In this document: in pieces, positions 31,801 through 40,856 of the stretch
Position numbering within the stretch: position 1 is the first letter of the stretch
Layout: every line of letters begins with the position of its first letter
From: Leptospiraceae bacterium
GTDB lineage: Bacteria; Spirochaetota; Leptospiria; Leptospirales; Leptospiraceae
DNA: 64,000 bases
Reading direction: 5' to 3'
NCBI GenBank assembly: GCA_016711485.1
Contig: JADJSX010000013.1
Location: 86,889-150,888 of the forward strand
Notes under the pieces: generated by a model
Database searches by the model: none
What the model saw: only the letters and a program-made list of their open reading frames with translations
What the model was told of the DNA's origin: nothing
Program-made: the position numbers and the translations under genes

Positions 31801-34575
31801 TTTTTCTGGCGAAGTCATTTGACGAAGATCAATAAGTTCTTCGATTTGCCTTTCTCCTTGTAACTGAAATGCTTTCATAACTTCAGGTGTCGGGTCATGG
31901 ACTTCTGGAAAATCTATCCCTAAAATAGCAAGGGCTTTAAGTCCTATATCCAAAGCTTCTCTAAGTTTATTTTGACCAACGTAAAGAGGAATTTGCAGTT
32001 CATACACAAGCGCTTTATCTAATATTGTATTAGTGTTTTCTAATATGATTGTAAAAAATTGATCTGCTTCTGCATGATTACCGTTTAAAGATTCAAGTTT
32101 GGCTCTATTGAGATAGATACTTAGAGCCTTTTGGTAAGAAGTTTCCCAAATGTCTTTAGGAAAAAATTGCATAGCAATTCGATAACAATCCAAGGCTACA
32201 TCATAAGCCGAAGAGGCTAATGCCTTTTCACCCGCAAGAACGTTTAAATCGATAAGTTGATTTTTTTCCTGCTCGCTCAATAGCATTGTACATTGATTCA
32301 ATTGTCCCACAATCGTAAAAATCAAATCCTCAATATCTTCTTCTTTGGTTATTTTTAAATAAGTCGATCCAATCGCATAATGATTCTTAGCCCTTTCTTC
32401 TTCCGAAATTAAAGAATAAGTAGCCTCTCGAATTTTATCATGAACAAACTTTACAGTATTTCCTCCGATAAGTAAAAAACCTTCATTGGAAATTTGCTCT
32501 AATTCAGTCTTCAACTCTCCGGAAGATTTACCAGAGATTTGCGAAAGCAGTTCTGTTTCGAATGTATCACCGATACAAGCGGCTAATTTTAATATTTCCA
32601 TTTGGTTAGGAGTAAGTTCCTGAACTTTCTCTACCATGAGGTCTATCACGTTCTCGGAAATTTTAGCCTCTCGGATTTTAGAAATATCCCATTTCCACTG
32701 GACAGAGGGTCTAGACAGGACAGTGGGTTGCAACCCACTGTCTAAATATACCAACCCATCTTTATAAAACGAGGTAAATAACTCATTTACAAAAAAAGGA
32801 TTTCCGTTTGTCTTCTCAAATAGAATCGTCGCGAGTTCCTTTGCATTTGACTCTTCACAATTCAAAGTATCTTTTACTAAATGGGTAATGTCCGAAATTC
32901 CGATTGGGGTTAGAATTATTTCTTTGTATACAAATCCTGACTTTTTTAATTCCGCAAGCATTAACGAAAATGGATCTGTAGGCAACACCTCATTATCCCG
33001 AAACGATAACATAAGATACAGATATTTCATTTCTGGATTCGATAGAATTGTTTGAATTAGTTTGATACTAGGTGTATCCGCCCATTGCATGTCATCCAAG
33101 AATATCGCAATAGGATGTTCCTTCGTGCAAAATGCTTGAATGAAATTCTGAAATACTAAATTGAATCTATTCTGTGATTCCGTGGAACCTAGTTCTGCGG
33201 GTTGTTGTTGTTTGCCTATCAAGGTTTCTAGTTCGGGTATCACGTCTATGATGACCTGTCCATTTGAACCAACAGCCTGTAAAAGCCTCTCTTTCCACTG
33301 CGAAATAGACTCAGATTTCTCTGTTAATATCTGCTGGATTAAACTCTGAAATGTTTGGGTGATCGCCCCATACGGAATGGCTCGTTTGAACTGATCGTAT
33401 TTTCCTGAACCAAAATATCCTTTGTATTCCGTAATCGGTTTATTGACCTCGTTGATTAATGCCGATTTGCCGATGCCGGAATGTCCAGATATTAATTGTA
33501 AAGACGCACGGCTGTGCGTCTTTACATCGCCGTTGGAGGACGTGCCGCCGCGCGTCCCTACGATATCCTTGAAGGATTCAATGATTTGGTTAATTTCATT
33601 TGTTCGCCCATATAATTTTTCGGGTATTTGGAATTTGCCCGAATGATCGTGGGTGCCTATTTTGAAATCGTCGGATGGATTAATCAAAGTTATCCCCTCT
33701 CCTCTTAGGAGAGGGGATAATTCTTTAGATTGGACAACTCCAGCAGGGTCAGGGGAGAGGTTATTCAAACACCATTCCAAATCATATAGAAGACCTGCAA
33801 TGCTCTGATACCTATCTTCCGGATTCTTTTGTAATAATTTCATTATTATATCGGACAGCGTAGAGACGCACGGCTGTGCGTCTCTACTATGCGGTGGAAT
33901 TGGCATTTTGGCGATATGGGCATGGACTAATTCCATCGGGTCTGTATTGGTAAAGGGGAGTTCTCCCGTAAGAAGTTGATAGAAGGTAACGCCTAACGAG
34001 TAGTAGTCCGTGCGATAGTCCACTGTTCGGTTCATTCTACCTGTTTGTTCCGGAGATATATAGGCTAACGTTCCTTCCAGATTGTTCTTCATATTGATCT
34101 CTGGACTTTCTTTCGTTAAAAAAGAAACAGAACCAAAGTCAATTAAATTCAGAGTCTTGCTATTAGAGTTATAAACGATGTTATGCGGTTTCAAATCCTT
34201 ATGAATCATATTGTGCTTTTGGATTTCTGCCAAAGCCTTTGTAGCCGCTATCGCAATTTCTACAAACTCTTCTATGCCGAAATTTTTCTTTTCATCCAAT
34301 AATGCTGCAAGAGAAGATGCACCTATATCCTCAAAAATAATGACTAAGCTATTTTTATAAGATTCTACTCCTAAAACTTTTACAGAATGTGCTAAAGAAA
34401 ATTTCTTAATAATATCATATTCTTTTCGAAACGCTTCTAATTCATGATTAGTAGGATACTCTTTATTTAGGTATTTCAAAATAACGGGTGTATCCCCTTT
34501 CTTGGCACGGTATACTATGCTTTTTTCTCCAACATGAAGTTCAGCTTTTATTTCATAGCCTGTTAGTGTTATCAT
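28804..34575 (-). CDS. giant Ser/Thr protein kinase / P-loop NTPase (STAND-like) / TPR / GAF / PP2C (SpoIIE) protein (1923 aa)
   Basis: Hanks-kinase motifs (HKDLKPHNIV, DFGSV, SPEQ), P-loop GHSGIGKSAL, long TPR-like helical region, a GAF domain, and a PP2C/SpoIIE C-terminus with a final TPR-like tail. Confidence 0.85.
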   Translation of the reverse strand: MITLTGYEIKAELHVGEKSIVYRAKKGDTPVILKYLNKEYPTNHELEAFRKEYDIIKKFSLAHSVKVLGVESYKNSLVIIFEDIGASSLAALLDEKKNFGIEEFVEIAIAATKALAEIQKHNMIHKDLKPHNIVYNSNSKTLNLIDFGSVSFLTKESPEINMKNNLEGTLAYISPEQTGRMNRTVDYRTDYYSLGVTFYQLLTGELPFTNTDPMELVHAHIAKMPIPPHSRDAQPCVSTLSDIIMKLLQKNPEDRYQSIAGLLYDLEWCLNNLSPDPAGVVQSKELSPLLRGEGITLINPSDDFKIGTHDHSGKFQIPEKLYGRTNEINQIIESFKDIVGTRGGTSSNGDVKTHSRASLQLISGHSGIGKSALINEVNKPITEYKGYFGSGKYDQFKRAIPYGAITQTFQSLIQQILTEKSESISQWKERLLQAVGSNGQVIIDVIPELETLIGKQQQPAELGSTESQNRFNLVFQNFIQAFCTKEHPIAIFLDDMQWADTPSIKLIQTILSNPEMKYLYLMLSFRDNEVLPTDPFSLMLAELKKSGFVYKEIILTPIGISDITHLVKDTLNCEESNAKELATILFEKTNGNPFFVNELFTSFYKDGLVYLDSGLQPTVLSRPSVQWKWDISKIREAKISENVIDLMVEKVQELTPNQMEILKLAACIGDTFETELLSQISGKSSGELKTELEQISNEGFLLIGGNTVKFVHDKIREATYSLISEEERAKNHYAIGSTYLKITKEEDIEDLIFTIVGQLNQCTMLLSEQEKNQLIDLNVLAGEKALASSAYDVALDCYRIAMQFFPKDIWETSYQKALSIYLNRAKLESLNGNHAEADQFFTIILENTNTILDKALVYELQIPLYVGQNKLREALDIGLKALAILGIDFPEVHDPTPEVMKAFQLQGERQIEELIDLRQMTSPEKLAITRILAVSIVPAYITLPSLFPLTVLKMVNLTLEDNSLAKESGLAFILYGIIMGSGIGNYELGNKLGKLGIKIIEKLNAKNLKCAGFFFFACMNNHWREHARLDLPYFLESIQAGMDSGDFLNAGYSTNHFNFQSLLMRKNLSEVSSSFSKFLSNFAKLKQEDPKHMFCLNYEMSIILQGLGKSLMEMNGDIFNEKEIVSIWKETKNSTTLFNYYVNKLTLNYLFGSPLEAYRYAREGEPHEGGCFGMMFVAEHNFWDSLSCLSLLELPDSSEEDKTKYLEQIQKNQERMKVWAENCPANYGHKYHIVNGLLIYSMGDFEKARQELKKAIALAKEHEYLLEEALANEFLAKMWLEKEEDQIANIFLIEAHYAYKKWGCEPKVKQLEEKYPQLKRHAKQEFAKDVSVSSNSNASATGTLLDLNTVVKASQAISGEIHLGKLLKKMMKILFENAGAERGFFILKENQNWIIEAEGNANTDTITVLEAKPLEDKSQLSSAIVNYVIRTKGIILLNDAMKKGAFTNDSYVVKRQPKSILCYPIINQGNLVGVVYLENNLTTDAFTPDRVEILKVLSSQIAVSVENSLLYANLEEKVEERTRDLNQALVEVRGLKEQQDGDYFLNTLLIEPLGQNNAFSKNVGIDFFIKQKKTFIFRRNEYELGGDINIAENMELQGKEYTVFLNGDAMGKSIQGAGGVLVLGTVFKSIIQRTKATDYGKTVYPERWLKNAFIEMHKSFEGFDGSMLMSAVFGLVDEQTGTMYYMNAEHPPIALYRDGLASFIENPKHYTKLGTQGQMGSISVSVFSLHSDDIVIIGSDGRDDICIGKDSEGYEIINQDENLFLNHIKIADGDLEKIQEEISNTGKLIDDLSLLKIHFKGGSKDSSQLEADLEKLEEYKAKKDFPNVIEYGIKVISDYPHLSEYMYDVSYALRQVGKLERAVDFGERFRMRRPEHLDNLMNLIDTYKGLGRMERAKVILDDCIKLDPEEIRILKFKKELEIK
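33507..33563. repeat. 54-bp in-frame GC-rich insertion inside the kinase gene; it contains a REP-like motif and abuts a palindrome
   Basis: cgtagggacgcgcggcggcacgtcc (minus-strand sense, 33538-33562) is near-identical to the REP motif cgtagggacgcgcggcgcacgtcc flanking the RAYT at 60360 and 60987. The insertion encodes DIVGTRGGTSSNGDVKTH, which the paralogue 37028..40855 lacks. An adjacent perfect palindrome aaagacgcacggctgtgcgtcttt lies at 33500-33523. Confidence 0.55.
33861..33886. repeat. second GC-rich perfect palindrome (tagagacgcacggctgtgcgtctcta) inside the kinase coding region
   Basis: It shares the same core (gacgcacggctgtgcgtc) as the palindrome at 33500-33523. It lies in-frame and encodes HSRDAQPCVST. 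Confidence 0.45.
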
Positions 34576-34644
34576 AATCAGCCACCCGTAGCAAACCTTA
34601 AACTTTAATTAACTTAAAGTTCTAGAGATAAAAAATGTCAACTT

Positions 34645-37023
34645 TTACATATTAAGTTCATCTTTTAATTTTAGAAGCCTTTCATCTTGCGAATTCAACT
34701 TTAAACTATCCTTTAATATTACCTTTGCCCTGTCTTTATTGCTATTCTTTAAATAGGCATCCACTAGGTTTACAATATTTTCTATATTTTCAGGTTCTCT
34801 AAGTCTCACGCGTTCTCCAAAATCAATTGCCAAAACATAATTTTCTAGAAAATTGTAGGCATACGAGATTTGAAAAATGTAGTCTGTTAAATGCGGATAA
34901 TGTAGAATAACTTCTTTTCCTAGTTCAATTATCTTCTGATATTCTCCGGCTTGCTTATGTTGTTCTAATAACTGTAACGATTCCTCTAAATTAATTCGAT
35001 CTTGAATGGGGTATTCTTGAAAGATAATTTTTAAAAGAGAAAGATCATCCATAAATTTACCATTGGACGCAATAGTTTGATAAATTGTAGACAAATCCCC
35101 GTTACTCTGTATTAGAGATTTTAAAAATAATCTCTCATCAGGGTTAATAATATCATAGCCTTCCTTTGGATCGACACCTAAAATTATATCATCCTTACCA
35201 TCAGAACCCATTATTACTACATCCCCTGGTTTAAGAGAAAAAAGAGAGATATGAATACTATCTGTTTGCAAGGGCGTTCCAAGCTTCGTATACTGCTTTA
35301 AATTTTTTAAAAATTCCGGGACTCCGTCACGATATAATACCATTTCAGGATGGTCTGCATTTAGATAATACATAGTTCCTGTCATTTCATCGATGAGTCC
35401 AAATACCACAGAGACAAGCATTGTTCCATCAAATGTCTCGAATGTTTTATGCATTTCAATGAAAGCGTTTTTTAGCCATCGCTCTGGATGGGTATTTTCA
35501 AATAAACTTGTGCCAGATGTCCGCTGCAGAATGGACTTGAAAGACGTTCCAAGAACAATCGCTCCACCCGCGCCCTGGATAGACTTTCCCATTGCATCTC
35601 CATTTAAGAATACCACATAACGTCTCCCTTTTAATACAATTGTATCGGAGATATTCAAATCGCCACCCAACTCATATTCATCTTTTCGAAATACAAATTG
35701 TTTCTTTTGCCTGATAAAAAATTCAACGGTTACATTAGGGCTAATAACGTTATTCTGTCCCAATGGCTCGATCAAAAGAGTATTTAAAAAGTAATCCGCA
35801 TCTTGCTGTTCCTTTAATCCACGAACTTCCGTAAGTAGACTCCGCACTTCGACTAATGCCTGATTCAAATCCCTAGTTCGTTCATCGACTTTCTCTTCCA
35901 AGTTTTCATATAACAATGAATTTTCTACAGAGACTGCAATTTGAGAAGAAAGAATTCTTAAGATTTCTACCCTTTCAGAAGTAAAGGCATTTGTTGTAAG
36001 ATTGTTTTCTAAGTAAACTACGCCTGTCAAATTTCCTTGGTTTAAAATGGGATAACAAAGAATAGACTTAGGCTTATTTGACTTCACATACATATCATGT
36101 ATAAACATCCCATCGTTTACAGCATCATTCAATAAAACCATCGCCTTGGCTCGAATAACATAATTTACTATATTAGGCGAAAGTTCCCAAAGAGATGAAT
36201 CACGATTATCCGCACTAATTGAGTCTAGTGGCTTTGCTTGCAATACTCTAATTTGATTTGTGCTCGCATTTCCTTCTGCCTGTATAAGCCAGACACCTTT
36301 TGACTTATACATAAAAAAACCCCTCTCTGCTCCCGCACTTTCAAAGAGGATAACAAGCATTTTTTCCATTAATTTTTCAAGTTCAATTTCACCTGAGATG
36401 GCGCGAGAAGCCTGAAGAACTGAATCCAAATCAAGGCGATTTCCAGTTGAAGTGGTGCTATATGTAATTTCTGATTTATCCAAACCGTATTTATTCAAAT
36501 ATATATATTTTCTTTCTAATTCTTGCAGTTTTAATGGCAGACCCCATTTAGAGTAATAGGAATGGGCTTCTGTAATATGAACTTTTGCGTAAATTTCTTT
36601 TCCCTGAGAATCCCAGAGATTTCCTACCAGTTCATGGGCTAATGCAAGTTCTAAAATTGCATCATTTGCTTTACAGTCTTCGATTGCATTATCAAATAAA
36701 GATATGGTTTCTTTCTTATTCCCGTTAAGCTTAGAAACCTCTGCTTTTAAAATTAGGGATTTATGATTGTATTCCACAGGATTATCTTTTGATAATGAAT
36801 CGAGTCTTTCTATATTATCCTCAATCTCTAATAAAAAATCCTTTTTTAATTCGTCGGAAACGAAATTAGAATTGTGTAGAAGGCTAAGTGAGAGAGAATA
36901 ATAGAAAATATCCTCAGGGCTAAATTTTACTTTTTTTTCTTCGGTTCGAATAGATACGATATACTCGTTTAATTTCTTTACATCTCCTGAAAAATAATGA
37001 AGTAATAATTTAGTTAATTGCAT
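34645..37023 (-). CDS. TPR / GAF / PP2C (SpoIIE) phosphatase protein (792 aa), paralogue of the C-terminal two-thirds of 28804..34575
   Basis: Long stretches are near-identical to the fused paralogue (NLTGVVYLENNLTTNAFTSERVEILRILSSQIAVSVENSLLYENLEEKV...GLKEQQDADYFLNTLLIEPLGQNN). It starts 4 bp after the upstream gene's stop. Confidence 0.85.
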   Translation of the reverse strand: MQLTKLLLHYFSGDVKKLNEYIVSIRTEEKKVKFSPEDIFYYSLSLSLLHNSNFVSDELKKDFLLEIEDNIERLDSLSKDNPVEYNHKSLILKAEVSKLNGNKKETISLFDNAIEDCKANDAILELALAHELVGNLWDSQGKEIYAKVHITEAHSYYSKWGLPLKLQELERKYIYLNKYGLDKSEITYSTTSTGNRLDLDSVLQASRAISGEIELEKLMEKMLVILFESAGAERGFFMYKSKGVWLIQAEGNASTNQIRVLQAKPLDSISADNRDSSLWELSPNIVNYVIRAKAMVLLNDAVNDGMFIHDMYVKSNKPKSILCYPILNQGNLTGVVYLENNLTTNAFTSERVEILRILSSQIAVSVENSLLYENLEEKVDERTRDLNQALVEVRSLLTEVRGLKEQQDADYFLNTLLIEPLGQNNVISPNVTVEFFIRQKKQFVFRKDEYELGGDLNISDTIVLKGRRYVVFLNGDAMGKSIQGAGGAIVLGTSFKSILQRTSGTSLFENTHPERWLKNAFIEMHKTFETFDGTMLVSVVFGLIDEMTGTMYYLNADHPEMVLYRDGVPEFLKNLKQYTKLGTPLQTDSIHISLFSLKPGDVVIMGSDGKDDIILGVDPKEGYDIINPDERLFLKSLIQSNGDLSTIYQTIASNGKFMDDLSLLKIIFQEYPIQDRINLEESLQLLEQHKQAGEYQKIIELGKEVILHYPHLTDYIFQISYAYNFLENYVLAIDFGERVRLREPENIENIVNLVDAYLKNSNKDRAKVILKDSLKLNSQDERLLKLKDELNM

Positions 37024-37027
37024 GGGT

Positions 37028-40000
37028 TTAGTTCTTTAAATAAGGATACGTTTTTTCCATCGTCGCAAGCTTTGGTTTACATCCCCATTTCTGGTAAGCA
37101 TAATGCGCCTCAGTAAGGTGTGCCTTGGCAAACATTTCTTTTTTTTGCGCAAACCAATACTTAGCCGCAAGCTCGTTAGCAATCGCTTCTTCTAACAAAT
37201 ACTGATGCTCTTTCGCAAGTGAAATTGCTTTGTCATAGAGTTCGAGTGCATCATCCGTATTACCTGCTATTCGGGTAAGCTCTGCTTCTACAATATAGTA
37301 TTTATGTCCGTAGTTCGCAGGACAGTTCTCAGCCCAAACTTTCATACGTTCTTGGTTCTTTCGTATTTTATCAAGTGGAGGTTCTTTTGAAGCAAGGCAG
37401 GATAGTGAATGAAAGAAATATTGCTCTGGTGTGCTTGTAAGTCCGAACGATCCACCTTCACAAGGCAATGCTAACTCGCTATATTCGAATGCCTTCTCAT
37501 AGTCCTCAAATATATAATACAAAATCGTTTTACATTGGTAGTACCAATACAAACAACTAGCATTTTGTGTTTCTTTCCATAAATTTGAATCTTTCTCTTC
37601 GTCAAACTTTTCTCCCGTCAAAGAAAATTTATCAGAATGAGTGCCCGTGAGATTCAAGACTAGTTGTTCCCAAAGTTCGTACGCTCGCTGAGAATCCTCC
37701 TGATTCAGGCTTACTATTTTTTTATAATAGTCTTTTGATCTCTCTTCTATTAAGTTAAGATTTTCTCTAGCATGAAAAGGCTGGAATAATAAATAGTTAA
37801 TTGAGTATGAGGAATATTGAAAGTCGCCCGTATTCATTCCTGACTCAAACGATGCGGTTAAATATTTTTTATTTTCTTTGATTGGCTTTTTCCAGTGATT
37901 TACCATTCCCCCAAAAAAGAAAAATGTTTTGGATTTCATTTCTTTTGCGTTTAATCTTTCAATAAGCGTCACACCTAACTCGCCAAATTTTTGTCCAACT
38001 TCATAATTTCCAAGAGCAGAGCCAAGAATTACTCCATACAAAACATAAGCAAATGCAGCGTATTCTGAATTTCCAAACTCTAAAGAAATATTTACCATTT
38101 TCAATACTAGGATAGGAAAATAAGCTGGATTCGAAATGAAAGCAGGTGCAATAGAAGCGGATAATAAACGTAATGCGGCTAAATGAATAGGATTTTTAGT
38201 GATAGGAAGTTCTAAAAGACTTTCGATAGTTCTCTCCCCCAGTCTAGAATTTGCTTCCCCAATTAAAGCACCAACAGATTCATTGCTAGCGCCGGGGAGC
38301 GGAAATCCAAGTATAGCCAGTGTATCAATTCCAGTATCAAGAGCTTCCTTAAGCTTGGCAAGACTAGTGTAGTAAGAGATTTTAATTTCATTTATACTTG
38401 CTTTTTCTAGATTTGTTTTAGCATATTTTAAAAGAGTTTCGAAACATGCATCTGCTTCTTTATTATTACCATTTAAATATTCTGCCTTAGCAAGATCAGT
38501 GTAAATATTTAAAGTTATATCATACTTACTTTCCCATGATTCCGCGGGTAATAATGTTAATCCGACTCTGATTAGGATTAATGCAGATTCGTAAGCAGAA
38601 GAAGCAAATGCTTTATCTATTGCTTTTAGATTCAAATCCAAAAGCATTTCTTGCTCATTACTCCCAGTAACATGCAATATCCCTTGGTTCAATTGGTTCA
38701 CGATTGTAAATATAAAGTCATCTAGATCATATAAACCTTCTTTACATAAACTCAAAAAGGTAGTGCCTATCTTATAATGATTTAGAGATTTTTCTTCCTC
38801 TGTCATGAAGGTATAAGTAGCCTCTCGAATTTTATCATGGGCAAACCGCACCTCTCCTCCTCCAAGTAAAAGATAACCTTCATTGGCTATCTGTGCTAAA
38901 ATTTCTTCAGTTTCAGCGAGAGATTTATTTATAATACGTGAGAATACAGAAACGAGAAACCAGTTACCGACACAAGCGGCTAATTTTAGTAAGTCTCTCT
39001 TTTCTGAACTTAATAACGAAATATTGGAGCGAGTATGCTCAATTACATTTTCTGAAACTGCAACCTGCTTTACCTTCGCTATTTCCCATTTCCATGAATC
39101 ATAATAGTAAACGACGCCATCTCTATACAAAGAGCGAAAAACCGAGTTTACAAAAAAAGGATTTCCCCCTGTCTTAGAATGAATGATCTGAGAAAGTTCC
39201 GAGCTAGACTTTTCGCTAGAATCCAGAGTATCCGCAACCAACTGATTGACATCATTTTCACTTAGTGGGTTAATAGAAATATTTGTTATTTCTAATCTAG
39301 TCTTCTTTACCTCTTCTAAAATTACTGCAAAAGGATGTATCGCATCTACCTCATTTGAACGATAGGCTAAGATAATAAATAGAGACTGTAATGAGCTATC
39401 GGTTAGAATTGTTTTTAAAAGATTTAAGCTAGAAATATCAGCCCATTGCAAATCGTCTAAAAACAATACAAGCGGATGATCTTCTTTACAAAAAATTCGA
39501 ATTAAATTTACGAACAAAAGATTTAGTCGATTCTGTCCTTCCATAGCCGGAAGCTCTGTTGCATTTGGCTGCTCTCCAATAATCAACTCTAATTCTGGAA
39601 TAATATCCGTAAGAACTTTTCCATTAATTCCAACTATTTCTAATATCTCTATTTTATATTTTTCTAACTCTAACGTATCTAGAGTAAGAATCTGCTCGAC
39701 CAAATTGCGAAATCCTTGTATGAGCGCATAATAAGGGATATTCCTTTTAAATTTATCAAACTTCCCTGAAATAAAACGCCCTTTGTATTCGACAATAGGT
39801 TTTTGAACTTCCTGAATAAGTGCCGTTTTCCCAATTCCCGAAATTCCAGATACTACGGCTAATGCCAATGAGCCTCTGCTTGCCTTCTCGAATGTTTGAA
39901 TCAACCGCTCGCTTTCTGCTTTTCTTCCATATAATTGCTCTGGAATTTGAAATCTGGAAGATTGATCCTTGGTTGCAAGTAGGAAAGATTCTATTTTTCC

Positions 40001-40855
40001 ATTAGTTTCCCATCTACTCAAACATTCCTTTAGATCATGGAGAATTCCATTTGAAGACTGATACCTGTCCTCTGGATTTTTTTCCAGAAGTTTTAGGATA
40101 ATATTAGATAGTCCTGATATCTCTGTCTGTTCCACTAGCCCTGGGTTTAAACCCTGAGTTAGTAGAACGTCGTTAGGCGGAATTGGTTTCTTCGCCAAAT
40201 GTGCATATACCAATTCCATCGGATTTTTAGATATAAAAGGAAGATTTCCTGTAAGCATCTGATAGAATGTAACCCCTAGAGAATAATAATCAGTACGATA
40301 ATCGATACTTCGATTCATTCGTCCTGTTTGTTCTGGAGAAATGTAAGAAAGTGTTCCTTCTAAATTCTGAGTTTTGATAGAGGGATTTTCCCTTGTGAGT
40401 AAAGTTGCATTTCCGAAATCTATGATTTGTAAAACCTTTGTCCCTGGATTAAAAATCAAATTATGTGGTTTAATATCCTTATGCACTGCACCGAGGGAAT
40501 GAAGTTCTCCAAGTGCTTTTACTGCGAGCATAGCAATTTCTAAAAACTCTGGGATAGGAAACTGACCTTTCTCTTTTAAAAGTTCACGAAGAGACTTACC
40601 TTGAATATCCTCAAATACTAAGATGGGACTATTTTTGTATTTTTCAAATGCAATTGGTTTTACAATACAAGGCAAAGAAATTTTTTGCAAAAAATCAAAT
40701 TCCTTTCGAAATCTTTCTAATTCTATTTGCGTAGGATATTCTTCATTTAAGTATTTTACAATTACCGGTTTGCCGGATTTTTCCCCTCTATATACAATGC
40801 TCTTATCTCCTCTGTGAAGTTCTGTTTCAATTGAATAGCCCTGCAAAGTAATCAT
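37028..40855 (-). CDS. Ser/Thr protein kinase / P-loop NTPase / TPR protein (1275 aa), paralogue of the N-terminal two-thirds of 28804..34575
   Basis: Kinase motifs (HKDIKPHNLIF, DFGNA, SPEQ), P-loop GISGIGKTAL, and a TPR-like region whose C-terminus (KAHLTEAHYAYQKWGCKPKL) mirrors the linker in the fused paralogue. Confidence 0.85.
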   Translation of the reverse strand: MITLQGYSIETELHRGDKSIVYRGEKSGKPVIVKYLNEEYPTQIELERFRKEFDFLQKISLPCIVKPIAFEKYKNSPILVFEDIQGKSLRELLKEKGQFPIPEFLEIAMLAVKALGELHSLGAVHKDIKPHNLIFNPGTKVLQIIDFGNATLLTRENPSIKTQNLEGTLSYISPEQTGRMNRSIDYRTDYYSLGVTFYQMLTGNLPFISKNPMELVYAHLAKKPIPPNDVLLTQGLNPGLVEQTEISGLSNIILKLLEKNPEDRYQSSNGILHDLKECLSRWETNGKIESFLLATKDQSSRFQIPEQLYGRKAESERLIQTFEKASRGSLALAVVSGISGIGKTALIQEVQKPIVEYKGRFISGKFDKFKRNIPYYALIQGFRNLVEQILTLDTLELEKYKIEILEIVGINGKVLTDIIPELELIIGEQPNATELPAMEGQNRLNLLFVNLIRIFCKEDHPLVLFLDDLQWADISSLNLLKTILTDSSLQSLFIILAYRSNEVDAIHPFAVILEEVKKTRLEITNISINPLSENDVNQLVADTLDSSEKSSSELSQIIHSKTGGNPFFVNSVFRSLYRDGVVYYYDSWKWEIAKVKQVAVSENVIEHTRSNISLLSSEKRDLLKLAACVGNWFLVSVFSRIINKSLAETEEILAQIANEGYLLLGGGEVRFAHDKIREATYTFMTEEEKSLNHYKIGTTFLSLCKEGLYDLDDFIFTIVNQLNQGILHVTGSNEQEMLLDLNLKAIDKAFASSAYESALILIRVGLTLLPAESWESKYDITLNIYTDLAKAEYLNGNNKEADACFETLLKYAKTNLEKASINEIKISYYTSLAKLKEALDTGIDTLAILGFPLPGASNESVGALIGEANSRLGERTIESLLELPITKNPIHLAALRLLSASIAPAFISNPAYFPILVLKMVNISLEFGNSEYAAFAYVLYGVILGSALGNYEVGQKFGELGVTLIERLNAKEMKSKTFFFFGGMVNHWKKPIKENKKYLTASFESGMNTGDFQYSSYSINYLLFQPFHARENLNLIEERSKDYYKKIVSLNQEDSQRAYELWEQLVLNLTGTHSDKFSLTGEKFDEEKDSNLWKETQNASCLYWYYQCKTILYYIFEDYEKAFEYSELALPCEGGSFGLTSTPEQYFFHSLSCLASKEPPLDKIRKNQERMKVWAENCPANYGHKYYIVEAELTRIAGNTDDALELYDKAISLAKEHQYLLEEAIANELAAKYWFAQKKEMFAKAHLTEAHYAYQKWGCKPKLATMEKTYPYLKN

Positions 40856-40856
40856 A

